The position numbers and the translations under genes are program-made. From positions 62,001 to 126,000 of the forward strand of contig OZ025686.1 in assembly GCA_964019335.1 (NCBI GenBank): a stretch of DNA of 64,000 nt. The letters run 5' to 3'. The notes beneath the pieces were generated by a model. It was given only the letters and a program-made list of their open reading frames with translations, had not been told where the DNA came from and did not search any database. This document shows, piece after piece, positions 42,473-53,883 of the stretch (within the stretch, counting starts at the first letter, position 1; each line of letters starts with the position of its first letter). Origin of the DNA: Diplonema japonicum. Taxonomy: Eukaryota > Protista > Euglenozoa: Diplonemea.

Positions 42473-44212
42473 CTATTTAGAATCATGGTTCTGCCGTTCT
42501 GGGAAGGTAAAAAGGATGGGGTTCTGCCGCTGGGGAGAAGGAGGCATCAAGATGTCTTCGTCGTCGTCGTCACGCGGAGGGCGCTCGTTGTCAAATGCGG
42601 AGGAGACCCCACGTGGCATTCTTTGGTTGGCTTTGAGGCGGCCTGAGTGGATCCATTCCTTGTGGCGGTCTGTTTCCTGCGATCTGCGGACCCACGTGGC
42701 ACAGCACCACACGAGGATGATGCAGATGATGATCACAATGATGATGACGGCGGCGATCAAGAACCCGAAGTCAGACGAGCTCTCACTGTCGCTCTCTTTC
42801 GGAGTGGCCACGGGCGTCTGGGGCAGCTGTATGGGCGAAGGAGGGGGCAGGTTGTTGAAGCTCACACCATTGGCAAGACCCCTTCCTGTTGCAGGGTCGC
42901 CATTCGTGTTTGTGATATTAGCAGTATCAGCTATGTACACCTGGGCAATGAGGGGGTCCACTCGACCGTTGAAGAGATTTGTGAACGAGATGACGTACGT
43001 GTTGGAATTTCTCCACGTCCCCGTGAATCCTTCAGGTCGCCCGAACGTCTGTCTCGAGCCTGACACGCCGAACATACGCAGCACCTCATAAGCACTGTCT
43101 GCGACAGAGCCTTGCTGCACTGCGTCTGTCCCAATCTGCGTTGGCTGGTCGAACACGATCTCGACCCCGCCGATGGATATCGCCCGCCTCGCGCACTGCA
43201 AGATGCCCGCCCGCAGTGCGACCCACCCCACCCAGGACACGATGCCGATACGGATGTGCCTTGCGGCGAAGGGCGGCTCCGTCTTCACAGAGATCTTCGA
43301 GTTCAGATCATGCGACGCGGATAGAGTCTTCCCGCCCTCCACGCTGTTCCAGTTCACGGTGTCCCTTGAGTACAGCAGCGTCACCCCCGTTGACCACCCT
43401 GCCACCTGCTGCGGGCTGTTTGCACCTTGTAGCACCACTCCGCTCATGAGCATGATCTCCCCTGCGTCCAGCTCGTACCACTGCCCTGTCGTGTTTGTGC
43501 TCACCCACCCAGAGCCGTCCAGACGTCCCTTGTGCCACCCCGTTCCTGGGATGCCCTGGTTTGGGGCGCAGTTCGAAGTGCAAGAGTAGTATGTGCTGCT
43601 TGCTTTCCTTTTGTTGTCAGCTGGGTTTAGTGTAGCGAATTCAATGCACGCTGCGTTGCTCTGTACCTGCGAGACGACATTGACATCGACGATGGCTGGC
43701 CCACGAGGAGGCGAGGGCGTGGGCTGTGCGCCGACGACAAGGGTGGGAGTGGGCTCATCTGGGATGGTGAGGGTCGGGGTGGGTAAGTCCTGCGGAGGGA
43801 TCAGTGTCGGGGTCTTGGTGAAGTCTGACGGAACGATGAAGGGTGGCAGGACGAAGACAGGAGGATCCACAGGGGGCTGCATGCCAGTCACAGTGCACAC
43901 AACCTGCAGGTTCGTCACACTCCCAGAGACGTCGCTCCCCCCAGGGTTCCACGACAGTTGGTTGTCTATCACAAGACACCCGCGGGGAAGCTGTGCCTTC
44001 GGTTTCACAAGAAGCGAGTCCGGTGTCGTGAGGTCGGGTGGCGTCACCACAGTTGTCGTCAGCCCTTCTTGAAAGGCACCTTGGCCACATTCATTCTTGT
44101 CGACAGGCACCCTTGTCCATGCTAATGGACACGAGGCACTTGTCACGTGAAACGATAAAGGCGTGGGTGGTCCCCCGACGGCCAGCGCGGCAAACAGCAA
44201 CGAGACATACAT
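42473..44212 (-). CDS. Type I membrane protein with discoidin (F5/8 type C) domain
   Basis: Signal peptide; GRLDGSGW..QWYELD..GVVLQG..YSRD..W..ARHIRI..W..ALR; single TM near the C-terminus. Confidence 0.88.
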   Translation of the reverse strand: MYVSLLFAALAVGGPPTPLSFHVTSASCPLAWTRVPVDKNECGQGAFQEGLTTTVVTPPDLTTPDSLLVKPKAQLPRGCLVIDNQLSWNPGGSDVSGSVTNLQVVCTVTGMQPPVDPPVFVLPPFIVPSDFTKTPTLIPPQDLPTPTLTIPDEPTPTLVVGAQPTPSPPRGPAIVDVNVVSQVQSNAACIEFATLNPADNKRKASSTYYSCTSNCAPNQGIPGTGWHKGRLDGSGWVSTNTTGQWYELDAGEIMLMSGVVLQGANSPQQVAGWSTGVTLLYSRDTVNWNSVEGGKTLSASHDLNSKISVKTEPPFAARHIRIGIVSWVGWVALRAGILQCARRAISIGGVEIVFDQPTQIGTDAVQQGSVADSAYEVLRMFGVSGSRQTFGRPEGFTGTWRNSNTYVISFTNLFNGRVDPLIAQVYIADTANITNTNGDPATGRGLANGVSFNNLPPPSPIQLPQTPVATPKESDSESSSDFGFLIAAVIIIVIIICIILVWCCATWVRRSQETDRHKEWIHSGRLKANQRMPRGVSSAFDNERPPRDDDDEDILMPPSPQRQNPILFTFPERQNHDSK

Positions 44213-44442
44213 GGGACAGCTGCACTCAGAGCATTCTCTCCCTTCTTTTCTCTTTAAAAAAAAGGGTGCTTCCTTTCATTGTCGGGATTCTTGACGCTCG
44301 CAAGACATTAAAGAAAATAACATAATAAATAAAAAAAAAAAAAACACTGCTCCAACCACAGTGACTACACGATTAGACCTGCTTATCGTCTCGTTGCAGG
44401 AAGGCTGCGCCTAGAAACCAGTTTGGCGGAAGGCCTCCCTTC

Positions 44443-44764
44443 CTAGCTGAACGTGGCTGCGTCCACTGCGGCCATGTTGCCGAATTGGGTTGCCTGTGTT
44501 TGCGTGACTGCTTCTCGATGTTTCTTGTCATACCGTGTCCAGTGCCAGTGACATCATCTGCAGGCAGCTGTGGACAGCGACTCTCACGTGTCGCAGCGTG
44601 GACCCCTTGTACAGCACCACTATGCTGTCCCCTTCGACGGTTATCTCTCGCACCACTTTGTCAGGCGACAGTTCTTTATCGACAAGCAAAGCCTGCTGCA
44701 CCAGCACTGCGTGAGCGTTGGGGCAGGGCACCGCCATCCTATATGAGATGGGAAAGGCTTCCAT
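44443..44764 (-). CDS. PCC1: KEOPS complex subunit Pcc1; probable intron 44494-44533
   Basis: ALLVDKEL...VVRE...V.Y...LR.VRVAV.S.LQMM.L is the Pcc1/LAGE3 pattern. Confidence 0.8.
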
Positions 44765-44857
44765 GTTTTGTTTTGTCCCTCCCCCCGTCCCCTCCTTTCC
44801 TTTTCGATCTTTTGATTTCGACAGGGGGGAAGAAAATAAAATAAAGGAGTGTAAATG

Positions 44858-45133
44858 TCAAAAACTCTCAAGAAACTCACCGGTTCGCCGTATGCTCTCG
44901 CGCACTGCGCATGGTGTCCCTTGTATGCTGTTGCATCTCTCTACTACGCCTTGTACTGTCTCCTTGGCCTTCTCCAGGGTTTTCAAATTGGCTTCTTCCA
45001 GATCTATGCTGCCTTCAGTGCCCGTTCCTGTTATACTTGAGAATTCTTCCAACCAGGTATCTTCCAATACTTCCCTTGCCATCGCCTCCTTTGTGTGAAG
45101 ATGCAGACCTCCCCTGGGCCAGGAGCGGGACAT
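44858..45133 (-). CDS. Small hypothetical protein
   Basis: 91-aa ATG ORF with normal complexity, same strand as its neighbours. Confidence 0.5.
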   Translation of the reverse strand: MSRSWPRGGLHLHTKEAMAREVLEDTWLEEFSSITGTGTEGSIDLEEANLKTLEKAKETVQGVVERCNSIQGTPCAVRESIRRTGEFLESF

Positions 45134-45905
45134 GTTGATATTTTATATCAACCCTCCTTGCGGTACAAATTATTGATTTTTTTATTTCCCCCCCGTGCAT
45201 TTTGTGTTGCTAGAAAAATCTTAAAATAAAGAAAAGGGGGAAAGGAAAGAAAAGAAATATGGAAAAGGGAGAGGGGGGGAGGGGGGGGGGGGGCAAAACA
45301 TAGAGCGAGAGGCGGAGGGGGGAAGAGACACCAATGCCACATTACAAAAAAAAAAAACTTCAAAAAAAAAATAAAAAAATAATAAAAGAGAGACAGTCCT
45401 GCTTGAGACAGCCTCGTAAAGAAAGAGAAAAAGGTGCATTCTGAAAATATCTTTCATTTCTTCAGTAAATATCCCTTCCCTTTTTTTCTTTTTTTTTTCT
45501 CCTTTCTCCCCCCGCCCGTATCTCCTTGGTTTTTTTTTTTTTTTTAAAGATAACCAGACATTTGTTTGTGTTGCGTTTGTTTGTGCTTTTTTTTTTCCTT
45601 TTTTTTTTTCTTTGAGCGTGGGGAAGGGGTGGGAGAAGAAACCCGGGAGGGACAAAAAAAATATAAAAATTAGAATTTCTTTTTTTTTTTCTTCTCCCCC
45701 TCTTTTCTTTTTCCTCCCTCTTGGGGAAAAAAAAATACCACGGGGTCAGGGAAGAAAGAAGAAAAAAAAAAAGAGAAAAAAAAGCAGGTGTTGGTATGGG
45801 GGTAGAAAGAAAGATGAAATCTTGAAAGAAACAAAAAAAAAAAAAACAAAAAAAATATATGAGTTAAAGGAGGCCGGTGTTGGCGGCGCCCTGCACAAGA
45901 ACTGT

Positions 45906-46139
45906 CTACTTGATTTTAGGGGGCGCGCCGCGGCCGAGTTGTAGCTTCTTCTGCGTTCCGCGTCGTGTCCTTAATGCGTGCGGTGTACAGCTCAACCCCA
46001 GCCGGTGCGTCCCGGGTAACCAAGATTCTGCGCTCGTGCAGTTTGCTGCCTGTTCGTCACCCTGAGCATCTGCATTATGTTCTTCCACTCGGGCGCTACC
46101 GGTGATGACCGACGAGGAGGTCAACAGCGAACAACACAT
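45906..46139 (-). CDS. Possible small ORF in a GC-rich island
   Basis: 77-aa ATG ORF downstream of a strong CTTTCTTTTTTTTCAG acceptor (about 46178), with a short uORF between. No recognisable domain. Confidence 0.3.
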   Translation of the reverse strand: MCCSLLTSSSVITGSARVEEHNADAQGDEQAANCTSAESWLPGTHRLGLSCTPHALRTRRGTQKKLQLGRGAPPKIK

Positions 46140-47823
46140 CTGATGTACTTCTTATATTTCCATGTTATCCCCACCACCTGAAAAAAAAGAAAGGAGGTAT
46201 CTGTTAATATTAGGTATTTTAATCAGTGATTTCTCGTTGCTTCTTTATTTTTTTTCCTGCGAAAAAAAAAAGAGGGGTCAAGGTAAAGGGATGTGTGAAA
46301 AAGAAAAAAAAAATTAGTACAAAAAAAATGTATTACACACACCCCCCCGCACCCACTCTTCATTTTTATCTTTTCCTTCGGAGCAAAAAAAAAGGTACGC
46401 TTCATTAGAAAGAAAACTTTGATTCATATTTTTTTACGGGGGGGGAGGGGGGAGGGGCGGGCACTTTTTTTTCCATTTTCGTATTCTTTTTTTCTTTCTT
46501 TCCCCCCCCCCCCCATTCTTTTCTGGCCAATGAAAAAATAAAAATAGTGTAAGAAATGTAAAGAATTTAAACTCAGGTCGCACTTTTTCTTCTTTTTTTT
46601 TCCTTCTTCTTCCTCCAAGCATTGTCGTGCCCTGCCCAGGAAAAAAAAAATGCCCCTAACAAAATAAATTATGAAAATATTACTTTTTTTTTTCCCCACT
46701 TCTTTTTCTTTTTTTTTAAAGATTATGTTTTGCACCTCCCATACAAAGATGGGGGTTCAAAAAAAAAATATAATAAGGCTCATTTCTTTTTTTTTTTCTT
46801 TTTTCCTAGAATGACGGATCGGTACTTCTTTCTTTATTCTTTTTTTTCTATGGATAGAGAGAGGAGGGGAGAACGGGGGGGGGGGGGGGGGGGGGGAATG
46901 AATGAGAGGTGAAAATCCATGTAGGTTTTTGGTGTGCGCGCTTTTTTCTTTTATTTTACCCCCGTTTTTTTTTCTTTCCTTGATAGAAGGTAGAAGGAAA
47001 AAAAAGGGGTAAATAAAAAAAAAAAAAAAAAAAGACAAAAAGGGGGGAAGAAGGGTACGTCTAAAGGGAACCAAGAATCGACTTTTTTTTTTTTATAACC
47101 TTCCTGGTATGTGAACACCCATAATTTCACAGAGGTGCAGTCATGTGGGCGGGCGCTCAAGCATTTTGAGACGAGGGGAAAAAAAAAGGGGGGGGGAGGA
47201 ACTGACAATAAAAAACAAATGGAAGAAGTAAAAAAAAAAAAAAAATAAATAATAATAATAAACCCTCCCACCCACCTAGTGCCACCAAAATACATTTTTA
47301 GAAAGTTTTACTGTGAAGAATGACATTGCCCATTGTCCCCCCCCCTATTGTCATCGTCTTTTCTTCTAACCTGATCACACTAGGCAGGGAGAAGAGGGGT
47401 TTAAAAACGAACGAAGGCTATTTTAAGTTTTATGTTCCAGTTTTTTGTTCTCTTAAGGGGGGGGGGGGGGAATTGAAGAAGATGGAAAATTGGTAGGAAG
47501 AGAGAAAATGAGAAAAAGAAGAAAAAAAAATCTTTTTTTTTCCTCTCGTCCCTTTTCCACAGCCTTTTCTGCTTCTTCTTCTCCTCTCAAGAAAGTTGAT
47601 TCGCGGTAAAAATTGTGAAGATACCTTCTCTCCTCCAAGCCGCAGAAGGGGTACGGGGAAGGAGAGATGGGAACTGAGTGTTCAATACTGACCTTGCTTT
47701 TTTTTTTTTTTTTTTTTCTTTTTTTTTTTTTTTTAAATACTTACTGTGAGACGGGGTATGGAGAAATGGGGTAAAAAAAAAAACTTGAATCGCATGGTTC
47801 CACTTCTTTTTTTTTTTTTTTTT

Positions 47824-48133
47824 CGCTCTATATTCGCTAAGTGACCCACCAGAAACCGCATTTTGAAGAGCTAAAAAAATTTATAATTGCTTTTTCTAGG
47901 GCTGGAATGGATTTATTTGCGTCCGGGGCCCAATGTTCGACATATGGAATTTTTTTTTGTAACTTAAATTTTTTTTGGAACTTCCTTGGAACTCACCGTT
48001 CTTTCATGTTCGACATATGGATTTTTTGGAAAAAAAAATTCAATGAACCTTTGGGCATTTTTGACATTTTTTCCCCTATAGCCCCTATAACCCCTTTGGG
48101 ACATAGGGCGGGTCACTTAGAGAATATGGAGCG
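47824..48133. mobile_element. MITE-like element (310 bp, 27-bp TIRs)
   Basis: CGCTCtATATTCgCTAAGTGACCCaCC (47824-47850) versus reverse complement of 48107-48133 CGCTCcATATTCtCTAAGTGACCCgCC (24/27). TTT on both flanks. Internal direct repeat ATGTTCGACATATGGA x2. Confidence 0.8.
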
Positions 48134-48933
48134 TTTGCCTTCATTTCCTTTTTTTTTCTAATTTCTGTATTCCCCCCAAAAAGAATAGGAGGGGGCACTA
48201 GAAGGAAAATAAATAAAGGACGAAAAAAAAGTGGGTTAAAATAAAGAAGAAGAAGAAGAAAAAGGCAGGAACCATGGCATTTCGCTCTATTCCTTTCTTC
48301 GTCATTTCTCCCTCTTCTTTTTTTATATTCCCCCACTCTTTGTGATTTTTCGATTGTTTCTTTCTTTTCTTTTAGCGCCTTATTATTATTTTTTTTTAAA
48401 GAAAATAATAATGTGATGATCAAAACTGTTGGGCAATAAAAAGAAATTTAAAAAAAAAAAAAAAAAATTATTCAAATACCTCCCCCTCCTTTTTCACAAT
48501 AGTCTCGGGGGTGTCATTATAAAAATAGGTGGAAAAGGAACGCGCTCTTGATGACCTTTTTTTATTTATTATTTTTTTTTTTTTTTGTTCTCTCTTTTTT
48601 TTTTCTTCTTCGCTTGATATGAAGGAAGAAGAAGAAAAAAAAAAGGGAAGAAGAAGAAGAAAACAATAGTTCGTATTCACAAATACCTCATCCTCAATTT
48701 TCTTACTTCATTCAGTAACCCTAATATGAACAACAAAAAAAACTCAAATCTCAAGGTGACACATGTCAAACAGCGCCTCAGCACGGCCACCACCACCGTG
48801 TACCATAAAGTACATGGGGTGGGTGTTTGTGTAGTAGTCAAAAAAAATCAATATTGGGATGAATGAAGTAATAAGAAAAAAAAAATTGAGGTTGACAAAA
48901 AAAAAAAGGGTCTATATTTTGCGCAGACATGGA

Positions 48934-48967
<34 letters not shown>

Positions 48968-49016
48968 GGTCCGCGGAAGAAAAAAAAAAAAAAAAAAAAA
49001 AAAATTATATCTCCCT

Positions 49017-50765
49017 CTAATTATCTTCCCAAATCAAATTGGCGGGGGTGAGGTACTGTTTGACCCCGCCGGCAAGGTTCAGCTCCACCATGCCGTCCCT
49101 TCTCACGGACCGCACTTTTCCACGAAGCCCGTTAATTTTCGCCTTTTTTACGCAGCCCTCGATGGTGACAAAGGACCCAATAGGAGGCGCAAGAAGAAGC
49201 CTCCTAAAGGCAGACGCACGCGAAGGAGTCATTGAACCATTGAGCCTAGTCTGTGTGATACCAGTAGTGAAGTTGTCCGATGCATGCAAGTCATAAGCAA
49301 TATCCATCATCAGCAAGGTGTACTCGAACTTGCTAAGAACACCGTCCTGGTCCCTGTCGTACCTCTTGAAGATCTCTCTTGCGAGCACGGAGTAGGAGGC
49401 GTTGTTGATGGCATCAGCGTCAAGCATGGGACCGTTGTGCGTGAGAACCGGTCTCGACCCCTTCAGGGCAGGGATGATGACACCATCTTCGTCGCTTTCA
49501 CCATCACCACGATAGTTACTTTTTTTGCCGTCTTTTGGGACTTCGACGACATCCCTCTGGGCAGCCTTTCTCATGCTTCTCTGGTGTGCCATCAGCGCAT
49601 CGTCATCATCGCCTTCAGAATCTGTCATCGAGACTGTTGTCCCCGAGACTCCTACCGAGTTCAACGTCTCTTTGGACGACCTTCTTGACACAGATGCCGC
49701 CTTTGGTTTCTTCCTTCTAACGATTATTTCTTCGTAAGACGAGCTGTCGCTGTCATCCATGTGTCTTCTGGATGCCTTCGGGGAGCCTGCTTTGTCCGAC
49801 CCGTGTACAGCAACGCCGCCCATCATCAGGACACCGCCGGCAGACCTTTTTGACTTGTTCCGCTCGTCGTCATCGTCGCCTTTGCGGTTCCTCCTCCTGC
49901 CCTCGGAATGAGATCTCCTCGAAGAGGGTGATCCTGATCCGGTTTTCCTGCTTCTCCTGCTGTAGACTTCGTCGTCGTCGTCGGAGGTGACCACCGCCAC
50001 CTCCGGGACGCTGCGGTGCTTCCTGCTTCCTCCCCGTTTGTTTGCTGCGGACTTCTCGTTGTCATCCCTGTTCGGGCTTAGCGATCCGCCGGATTTAACA
50101 ACAGATTCGTCCGAGTTTTGACGGGACACCGAACCGGAGGAACGGAAGGAAGATGAAAGGCGTGAAGACTTTCTTGTCATGACGGGGGGAGGGGAGGGCG
50201 CGGCGTGTGCGGGCGCAGGCACGACACGTGACGCAGTCGAGCGGTAAGACGACTCAGACACCTGCGAGACATGAGAGTGGGGCATCTCACGCTCAATGTA
50301 CTCACGGTCGTGGGGGTAGCGGTGATCGTGGTGGTGATGGTGGTGATGGTGATGGTGATGGCGGTACATTTCCTCATTGTAAACAGAACCAGAGGAGACA
50401 TAATGGTACTGGGGCATCACCTCACGGGGGCCATGCCCGTATCCTCCACCATAGCCATTGTCCCTCCCCACGCCTCGGGTGAGGAGTTCGTCCAATAGCC
50501 TGTCCTTGTCAAACTCACGCTTCCTCGACATCCATTGGTCCGCAGCATGCCTGTCAAGCATTTCATCCAAGATATCTTGTCCACTGCTCTCATGGTGTCT
50601 CTTGTACACTGGCTCGCTCCTCAGTTCGTACACTTCTCTCTGTGTAGCCGGGTACGGTACCCCGTCATAGCCGCTCCTCACGACCTCTCTGCTTGTTGAA
50701 GCGGCGGTTGGCTTTGAATACCCTTTGTTCCTGCTCCCTGTTTTCGTGCGGGATGGGCCCATCAT
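49017..50765 (-). CDS. Disordered Ser/Arg/His-rich protein with EF-hand and C-terminal SH3/KOW-like domain
   Basis: IFKRYDRDQDGVLSKFEY (EF-hand); poly-His; PIGSFVTIEG..INGLRGKV..LTPANL. Confidence 0.82.
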   Translation of the reverse strand: MMGPSRTKTGSRNKGYSKPTAASTSREVVRSGYDGVPYPATQREVYELRSEPVYKRHHESSGQDILDEMLDRHAADQWMSRKREFDKDRLLDELLTRGVGRDNGYGGGYGHGPREVMPQYHYVSSGSVYNEEMYRHHHHHHHHHHHDHRYPHDREYIEREMPHSHVSQVSESSYRSTASRVVPAPAHAAPSPPPVMTRKSSRLSSSFRSSGSVSRQNSDESVVKSGGSLSPNRDDNEKSAANKRGGSRKHRSVPEVAVVTSDDDDEVYSRRSRKTGSGSPSSRRSHSEGRRRNRKGDDDDERNKSKRSAGGVLMMGGVAVHGSDKAGSPKASRRHMDDSDSSSYEEIIVRRKKPKAASVSRRSSKETLNSVGVSGTTVSMTDSEGDDDDALMAHQRSMRKAAQRDVVEVPKDGKKSNYRGDGESDEDGVIIPALKGSRPVLTHNGPMLDADAINNASYSVLAREIFKRYDRDQDGVLSKFEYTLLMMDIAYDLHASDNFTTGITQTRLNGSMTPSRASAFRRLLLAPPIGSFVTIEGCVKKAKINGLRGKVRSVRRDGMVELNLAGGVKQYLTPANLIWEDN

Positions 50766-52827
50766 TTTTCTTTTCTATTCTTTTTTTTTTTGTTCCTTTT
50801 TTTTTTCCCCCCTCTTTTTGTGATGCCTTGATACCAGGTCTATCATATGGTAGTAACAGAGAAGAAAAAAAAAAAAACAGATAAGAATTGTTATAAATAA
50901 AAAGGAGTGGGAAAAAAAAAGGGGGAAAGAATAACAAAAAAAAGAAACGGAAAAAAAAATGGAGCGTCACGAAGGGGGTGGGAAGGAACGAAGAGAAAAC
51001 TATTACTGAGGGGGGGGGGGTCTAAAGACAGTTTTTTTATATAAAATGAACTGCAGAGAGGAAAGAGTGGGAGGAAGAACACAAAAAAAAGGGAGGGGGA
51101 GAAAAGAGAGGAGGTAGGTCGGGTGAGAGCAGTTTTTAACCCAGCACTGTTTGACTTTTTCTTTTTTTCTTCTTTTTCTCTTTTTTTTTTTCCTTGTCAG
51201 TTTAATGGGTGAATTCATGTTGTAATCTCTTGCTTCTCCCTCCCTCATCCCCTCCCCCTTTGTTCCCCCAGTTTTTTTTTTTCTTCTTCCCCCCCCGTTC
51301 CTTCTGTTCCCTTGCAGTACCATTTTGGCTTTGTGATCGGTTTTGTTTTTTTTTTCCCCCCTTATCTCCGTGGGGTAATAGTATAAAAAAAGTTGTGAAA
51401 CATTGACTCCCATAAACGGGAAAAGGAGAGGCCATGAACAATGAATACCATAAAAATAAGAGGAAGGGGGGGGGGGGGGGGGGGAACAGGCACAAAGAAG
51501 GGGAGAGGGTAGAGGGAACTGTAGATCACAATCTCCATATTGTTTTCATAACTTTTCTATCGCGTTGGCGTAATACTGAGATGGTCGGGGGGGGGGGGGT
51601 TAAGAGAGGGTGTTTTACCAAAGCCAAAAAAAAAGGTACAAAAAAAAGGGGGGTGTTTTTTTTTTTTTTTTTTTCCTTCTTTTCTTCTTTCAATTTCCTT
51701 TCTTTCTCGGCTCGCACATAAAGAGTTAAGAGAAAAATCATGCCTCCTTCCCATTTTGCTACGGAGGAAAAACTAACTAGCTTGGGGGGGGGGGGGGGGT
51801 TTAAACATTAAAAAAGAACCTTTCTCCACTCACGATTCTACTTCTCGCTGTTTCTGCCCAGGCTTGAAATCCAAGGTTTCATGGGACACTTACGGATAAA
51901 TAGAAAACGACTTCAGGGAGAAAAAAAAAAAAACACAAAAACGAGAAAAAAAAAAAAGTGTTGCCTTTTCCGTTCCTTAAACTCTTTTTCTTTCTTTCTT
52001 TGTTCTTCTCCCAAAAACACACGAAAAAAGAATTCGTGAACTCTTTTTCCTATTTTCCAAGGGGGGGGGGGAGGCAGTTATGGATTACAACCCATTTACA
52101 ATTGAACAGCTTGCTTTTCTTGTTCTAATTTGTAAGTTACTAAAAAGAAAACAAGGCAATGATATGCAGTTAAAGGCAACCGTTTTTCTTCTTCTTTTTT
52201 TTTTTTTTTCTTTCTTGCTCTCCTTTAGAAGCACGGGTTGAAGAAAAGAACACAGAAATTAACCCGGATTTCTAATTTAAAGTTTTTTGTTTTTGTTTTA
52301 ATCTTCCCCTTGAAAAACACATAAAAGCCATAAGGTAAAAAAAAAGGAAGGGGGAACGGGGCACGAGAAGAAGGAAATCAAAAAAAAAAAACATCTTCCC
52401 TCCCACCCCTCAATTTTTTTGCATTCTTGAACTCGTTTCATAGAAGTCCACTCGCATCTTTCTCTTTTTTTTTCCTTCCCGTTTTTTGTTCCAGTTTTCA
52501 AAGGACGGGTTTTTTCTTTTTCCCCCTTCAAAAAAAGGGGGATGTTTAATAAAGGGTAAATCCCACTTGAGGTGCACCCTAAAAAAAAAAAATGCGCACC
52601 CTGTACCTTCCCGTGGCATGTAACCCGAATCTCCTTCGCTGCACACAGGCAGAAATGGGTGTAAATAGGTGTCCAGTGAGGCCCTCGGTTAGGCGGTTTT
52701 CAGGTTAGATGAGCAAGAAATCTTCCTATAAAAAATGCAACAAAATACAACAGCAAGAAAAAAAAAAAAAAAAAAAGACTCATCTTTTATCCATTTCGTT
52801 TTTTTTATTCGTTTCTCTCCCCTACCC

Positions 52828-53883
52828 TCAAGCCTTGATGTTCGGCGCAGGGATGACGCGTCTCTTGACAACAGGCTTTCTTGGAGATGAAGAAGTGGAG
52901 GAGTGTCCGTTCAGCCGTTGCGGGGTAGTGTTATCCCTCCATGTCCTGATCCGTGTCGTTCCGGAGGACTTGCTAGAGAGGGGAGAGACGGGAGAAACTC
53001 TCTTGGGAGAGCTGTGGTAGGCGCTGACTGCCGCAGGAGGCTGGCTGTAGACAGGCTGATACGCAGTTTGAGACCGTTGAGAGGAAGACAGACCTACTCT
53101 CCTTGTAGCGGGCGCCCTCGGCTTGGGGAGCGGCCTTGCAACAGGCTTGGGAAGGGGTTTGGGAAGGGGCTTGGGACTATCGGGATTGGCTATTTTCTGC
53201 CCAGCGGGAACCCTCGTACCGGAAGCTTTCTTCTTCTCCAGTTTCCTGAGACGCTCTTCCTTCTCAAGATACACTTGCTTGCACGCCTCGCATTCCCTAC
53301 CGTTCTTCAGGTGAACATGATATGTTTCATGAGTATGCTTCACACCGCCCAGGTCTACCTCCACCTCTGACCCTCTAACAGTCTCAGCAGTGATGGCAGT
53401 GTGGGAATGGTTCAACGACTCACGAGAAGCATGCCGGGACAACGTCATAGCACTCTCCGTGTCGTCGTAACCAGAACCATAAGAAGGGTAGTCGACGGGG
53501 TGTTGGTGGTGGTGGTGGTGGTGGTGGGGGTGTTGGTGTCTTTGTGAGTAGTTCCTCTTCAGAAGCTCGTCAAGCATCCGGTCACGCTCGAACTCTCTCA
53601 CCCTGGCGGCGTACTGGTCTTCCTTGTGGAGGCGAAGCAGCTCGTCAACCAGCCCGTCGTTGCTCATTCTCCGAATGACACCGGAGGCCTCAACGCTTTG
53701 AGATCTTCTCGCTGCTTCCATATCCATGCTGCTCCTTCTGGTGCTCACCATGTAGCTCCCCCTCCTCTGCGCGGCGTCCGAGCCTCTCCTGTACATCTCA
53801 CCCTGTTCCGTGTAGTACGCAGGCGGTGGCGGTGCCTTCGCCCTGTCTGGGCTGTGTCTTCGTGTTGCCACTTGATGGTACAT
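52828..53883 (-). CDS. Disordered His/Pro-rich protein, partial paralog of 49017-50765 (start uncertain)
   Basis: Shares D.L.DE.L..H..DQ...R.REF..DR.LDELL.R and poly-His. H..H....C..C cluster; PLPK repeats. Confidence 0.78.
   Translation of the reverse strand: MYHQVATRRHSPDRAKAPPPPAYYTEQGEMYRRGSDAAQRRGSYMVSTRRSSMDMEAARRSQSVEASGVIRRMSNDGLVDELLRLHKEDQYAARVREFERDRMLDELLKRNYSQRHQHPHHHHHHHQHPVDYPSYGSGYDDTESAMTLSRHASRESLNHSHTAITAETVRGSEVEVDLGGVKHTHETYHVHLKNGRECEACKQVYLEKEERLRKLEKKKASGTRVPAGQKIANPDSPKPLPKPLPKPVARPLPKPRAPATRRVGLSSSQRSQTAYQPVYSQPPAAVSAYHSSPKRVSPVSPLSSKSSGTTRIRTWRDNTTPQRLNGHSSTSSSPRKPVVKRRVIPAPNIKA

Noticed and set aside
48716-48724. TAACCCTAA, a possible telomerase template or telomeric seed
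   Set aside because: Only 9 nt, antisense to the polycistron, with no supporting structure; it overlaps a putative acceptor.
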